Source: the human T2T-CHM13v2.0 reference genome, Homo sapiens | Length of the DNA stretch: 64,000 bases | Assembly: GCF_009914755.1 (NCBI RefSeq) | Contig: NC_060925.1 | Reading direction: 5' to 3' (one strand) | Part shown: one piece after another, positions 58,954 through 64,000 of the stretch | Layout of the letters: each line of letters starts with the position of its first letter | Numbering within the stretch: position 1 is the stretch's first letter | Position numbers and translations under genes: made by a program | The notes under the pieces: model-generated | Databases searched by the model: none | Seen by the model: only the letters and a program-made list of their open reading frames with translations | What the model was told of the DNA's origin: nothing

Positions 58954-59694
58954 GTAAGTAGACAGGAGTCAGATTGGATTTTTGAAAAACCAGAGTTGAG
59001 CCATGCCCAGAGCCATGATGCATCCTTACTAACTCTGTGCCTAATGTCTGTGACACTAAAGGTAGGTGTCGTCACCTTTCTCTGCTCTTGTCTCAGTGCC
59101 AAATTTATTTAAGAGGTAGGCATGAAAATTTAGTTTCTAATCACGCAGGTAATCTATTTCTTCCCAAAATGGCACCCAAAATGTGTTCTTTACATACCTA
59201 CCTACATAAGGCCTGGCCTCCTTCCATGTTTTCTGTTTGATTCCACAAGTATCCACTCATTCCCTAACTGGTAGTCAGATAGCCCTGGGCCAACCACTAG
59301 CCTCTGCCAGTAGAATATATATTAAATGCCACAGAGCAACATAATATCCTATGTAGAAAATCTGGGAGGGAGGATGCAAGATATCATGTATAATCTAACT
59401 TTCTTATTTCACTTGCTTTCATCTACTTTTTTCAGGCCTTACACACATGCCGGTTTCCATAGACATAAGAATATGGCCCTTTTTTTTTTTTTTTAACTGT
59501 CTCCTGGACTAAATAGTCCTTCTTGCCAAGGCAGAAGAATAAAGCATTTTCCCCATCACATAATAATCTGTTTTGAGATTGGGGAGATTTTTCCTCATTC
59601 TATGGTTTTTGCTTTTATTGTTGCTTGATTTTTAATATTTCATAGACAGGTAGTTACAAGCAAGGAAGCTGGAGCCAGGTGGGTTGGAGGCACA

Positions 59695-59870
59695 GTTCTG
59701 ATGCATAGCAGCTGTGTGCCCCGGATGAATTCTTAATCTAGCAGGGCTTCAGTGTCCTCTTCGAAATGGGAATCACCGTAAGACCTCCCTCATAGGGTTT
59801 CTATGAAGATTTAATGAGTTCGTATTTAGAAAGCATTTAGAGTAGCGTCTAGTACACAGTAAGTGGTACA
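59695..59870 (+). mobile_element. MIR
   Basis: agctgtgtg...cttcagtgtcctc..aaatggga...cctcatagggtt...aaagcatttagagtag..tctagtacacagtaagtg. Confidence 0.75.
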
Positions 59871-60465
59871 TCGTCATCATTAAATACATGAACATTTGCT
59901 TTCCACTTCCAATTTCATAGAATTCTTAAAGGTCATTAGCCAGGGGATAAATGTGGATCCACTCGTGACCACAGCAGTTACTGGATTTAAGAAATATTTA
60001 TATGGGAAAATGTAAGTGGAGGGTCAGAGAGGAAAATTTCTAATATTTATTATCAGGAAAAACAAAGCACAGGCTCCATTTAAGCACACAGAGTATAGCT
60101 TTCAAACAAAAGGAACTAGGGTGGGGTAGGACTCATGGATAGACAAATGGAGCACCGGGGTTTTATCTAAGCATCCCTGGTAGCTCTTGGGAGTGAATAA
60201 TTAGTAACTTAACTGAGGATCATGCAGGAATCAGATACTTGTGACTTAGAATGATGAAGACTACAAATTGGTTTTTTTCTAAAAACGCACTCAGCATGCT
60301 CTCCTTTCCCCTTTATTTGGAGACACGAGCTTTCAAAACTGAGAAGGGGCTGGGGCATCCTCAGCAGGTAACAGCCTGAATTCCATCACAACCCTGGCCT
60401 GCATCTTCAGTCCTGCCCCTCTCTGTCCCCTTCTCTTGGTTCTTTGGAATCTCACCGCTCCCTGA

Positions 60466-60771
<306 letters not shown>

Positions 60772-61062
60772 TAAACGCAGAGGGAACCACGCTGGAGGCA
60801 CTCTGTGCAGGGATTCTCCTTGTTTCTTTAAATGTAGAAACAGATTTTGGTTCTTAGATTGTGGTAGAATCCCTATGTCCTACCATCCAGCAGCACCCCG
60901 GCCCTCAGCACAGGCAGCTCCGCTTCCAGCAAGATGAGAAATAAGTCTGGAATATTGGGGCCCAGAAAGCTATGGGAAGGCGGCCTCACCCAGGCCAGGT
61001 GCAAGAAGCAGAATATAGCCTGTCCTGAAATCAACATAAAACCAAGCAAAACAGAGGGCACT

Positions 61063-61411
<349 letters not shown>

Positions 61412-61790
61412 TCAGGACCCCACTTTGCTTTATCATCCCCTAAGTGCTGTTTCACTTTCATGCGTTTGGTTTTATGGGAAGAACTGACACGACATTTGAG
61501 CCTAGGCTGGATTTGGCACGGAGTGAATGTTCTCAGTTCCCGCTCTGTGTAGTGTGAGCCCTGGGGTGCGGCTGCCCTCAGGGAGAAGAGCCTCCATGCC
61601 GTGTTTCTGAGCTTTCTTCAGGTCCTTTTCCCTTGTAATAAAGACAACATTTTATTTCCTACTCCTTTCCCCACCATTATAATCACTGATACATCTGTAG
61701 AATGTTTAGAGCCTGTCACATAATGGTAACTTCAAAAATTAAATAATAAAAATTTATTTCAATATATTACGTTTTAAAACTGCCACGTTC

Positions 61791-62162
<372 letters not shown>

Positions 62163-62333
62163 TCAAAGTTGTCTAATCCTGGACTGTTTTTGAAGCAGCC
62201 TCCTGAAGATGTCTTTAAACTTCCATGGTTCTTGATTTATATCTGAATGAAAAAGGTGATTAAGTTTTGTACAGGATTCAAACTTGTTATCCCTGGAGGT
62301 ACTGGGTTAAGCTTCTAGTTAAGAATTTGCTTT

Positions 62334-62630
62334 AGGTTGGGTGCAGTGGCTTATACCTGTAATCCTTGTACTTTGGGAGGCTGAGGAGGTAGGACTGCTT
62401 GAGACCAGGAGTTCGAGACCAGCCTGGCAACACAGCAAGACTCCATCTCTAAAAAATTTTTGAAAAGAGCCGGGTGTAGTGGCACATGCCTGTAGTCCCA
62501 GCTACTTGGGAGCCTAAGACAGGAGGATCACTTGAGCCTAAGAGTCTGAGGCTGTAATAACGTATGATCACCCCCACTGCACTCCAGCTTGGATGACAAA
62601 GCAAGACCCTGTCTCAAAAAAAAAAAAAAA
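62334..62630 (+). mobile_element. AluJ
   Basis: diverged Alu; TSD-like aatt(t)gctt. Confidence 0.9.
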
Positions 62631-63235
62631 ATTGCTTCAGTGGTGTGCACAGAAAGACCCCAGGTAGAATGCATAGATGGATCTGGCAAGGAAAAGTAAG
62701 GATTTAGTGAGAAATCATTTTGCCCTTGCTTGTCACTCTAGTGGCATTAGATGAGTCAGAACCTTTCTGTCTCTAAGTGGAAGGGCTCAGTTCGGCCCCA
62801 TTTCAGAAATCCCGCTATGTTAGATAAAGTCATGGTGCCATTCTGGACCTGATACTCTACCCAGTGGTGAGGCCAAGTGCCCTTCTAGGGAAGCCAAGGA
62901 CACAATGTGGCGCAGGCTGACTCTTCCCTCCCCAGTCACTGTGGCTGCATCCTGGCCCACAGGACTGTCCTCCAGGTCAGAGAGTGATGTCTTCCGACCT
63001 TCACTCATAGGGACATTGCCACTTAGAAATAATGCTCTCTGGGGGCCTCTCCAAGAAAAGGAAGGGGAAATAAATTGAGCCTGCGGCATTAAGAAGACAA
63101 CGGTTCTCTCTGTTTAGAAATCTGTTGGCCAGCGAAAGTTTTATGAATTCTTCTTGTGATTTATCTGAGAGGAGTGATGTTTACAGTGATGACAGTTAAC
63201 AAAACCCTGAAATACCATCCCAGTTCTCTATCAGA

Positions 63236-63466
63236 TTTTTATTTTTTATTTCTTTTATGTGTATAAATGTAGGTGGGGTGGGGCACAAGTGCAGTTTTGC
63301 TACATGTGGCCAAGTCAGGGTTTTTAGGGTAGACATCACCCAAATAACATACATTGTATGAAATCACACTAAGTAATTTTTCATCATCCACCTACCCTTC
63401 CACCCCCTCACCCTTCTGAGCCTCCACTGTCTATCAGCCCACTCTCTATGTCCATGTGGATACATT
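63236..63466 (-). mobile_element. L1 3' end fragment (L1PB/L1MA-like)
   Basis: acaagtgcagttttgctacatg...catcacccaaataa..tacattgt...ctctatgtccatgtg; TSD-like tcagat. Confidence 0.7.
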
Positions 63467-63549
63467 TCAGATGTTTTTGTTTTTAAACTTCCCTGTTATT
63501 TTTCTTTTTTAGCCCATGTTCATTTTCTCTCATCATCTGGGAAAGTTAA

Positions 63550-63693
<144 letters not shown>

Positions 63694-64000
63694 TGAAGCC
63701 ACTTGTTGACATGAAATCTTTTAATAGAAGCTCTTTAATTAAATCACTGGTATTCATTGTGTGTTTCTCTGTGGCATGAAACAGGTTGCCTAGTGAAAGG
63801 AACCTCTAAAGAAAACATGAAAAGTGGAAGAAAGAGGGAAATGGGAAGTTGGGAGCTTTGTGCTGTAATTTATCCAGACAGCAGCGAAGTATATTTTTCA
63901 ATTTTAAAAAATCCAGGGGTGATGAGATTACGGCATAAATCTACTTTGTATCTGGTAGTAACAGTACGTTTCCAAAAGTCCTTCTACCTGAGTAAATTGA

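Overview
Primate (very likely human) genomic DNA from inside the alpha-actinin-2 gene (ACTN2), which reads on the + strand. The window starts in intron 1 (exon 1 lies upstream) and holds coding exons 2-13, all bounded by AG/GT and joining in one frame. These encode CH1/CH2, the neck and the first spectrin repeats, and include two paralogous 86-nt versions of exon 8. The dominant non-coding feature is a 12.5-kb minisatellite in intron 1 (18444-30920): 186 copies of a 67-bp unit that appears to be amplified from an ancient L1ME 3' end. It carries a three-fold, 39-unit higher-order repeat, and every unit has MCAT (TEAD), GATA and forkhead-type motifs. Other points of note are a candidate 110-nt cassette exon one C short of being in frame, an ACUAAY cluster after exon 8b, a 60-bp inverted duplication at a rearranged Alu 5' junction, and a (TA)33 tract beside exon 9. 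The rest is ordinary Alu, MIR, L1, L2, LTR and DNA-transposon sequence. Nearly all listed ORFs are Alu- or repeat-derived noise. Repeat subfamily names come from recalled consensus sequences, not from a search.
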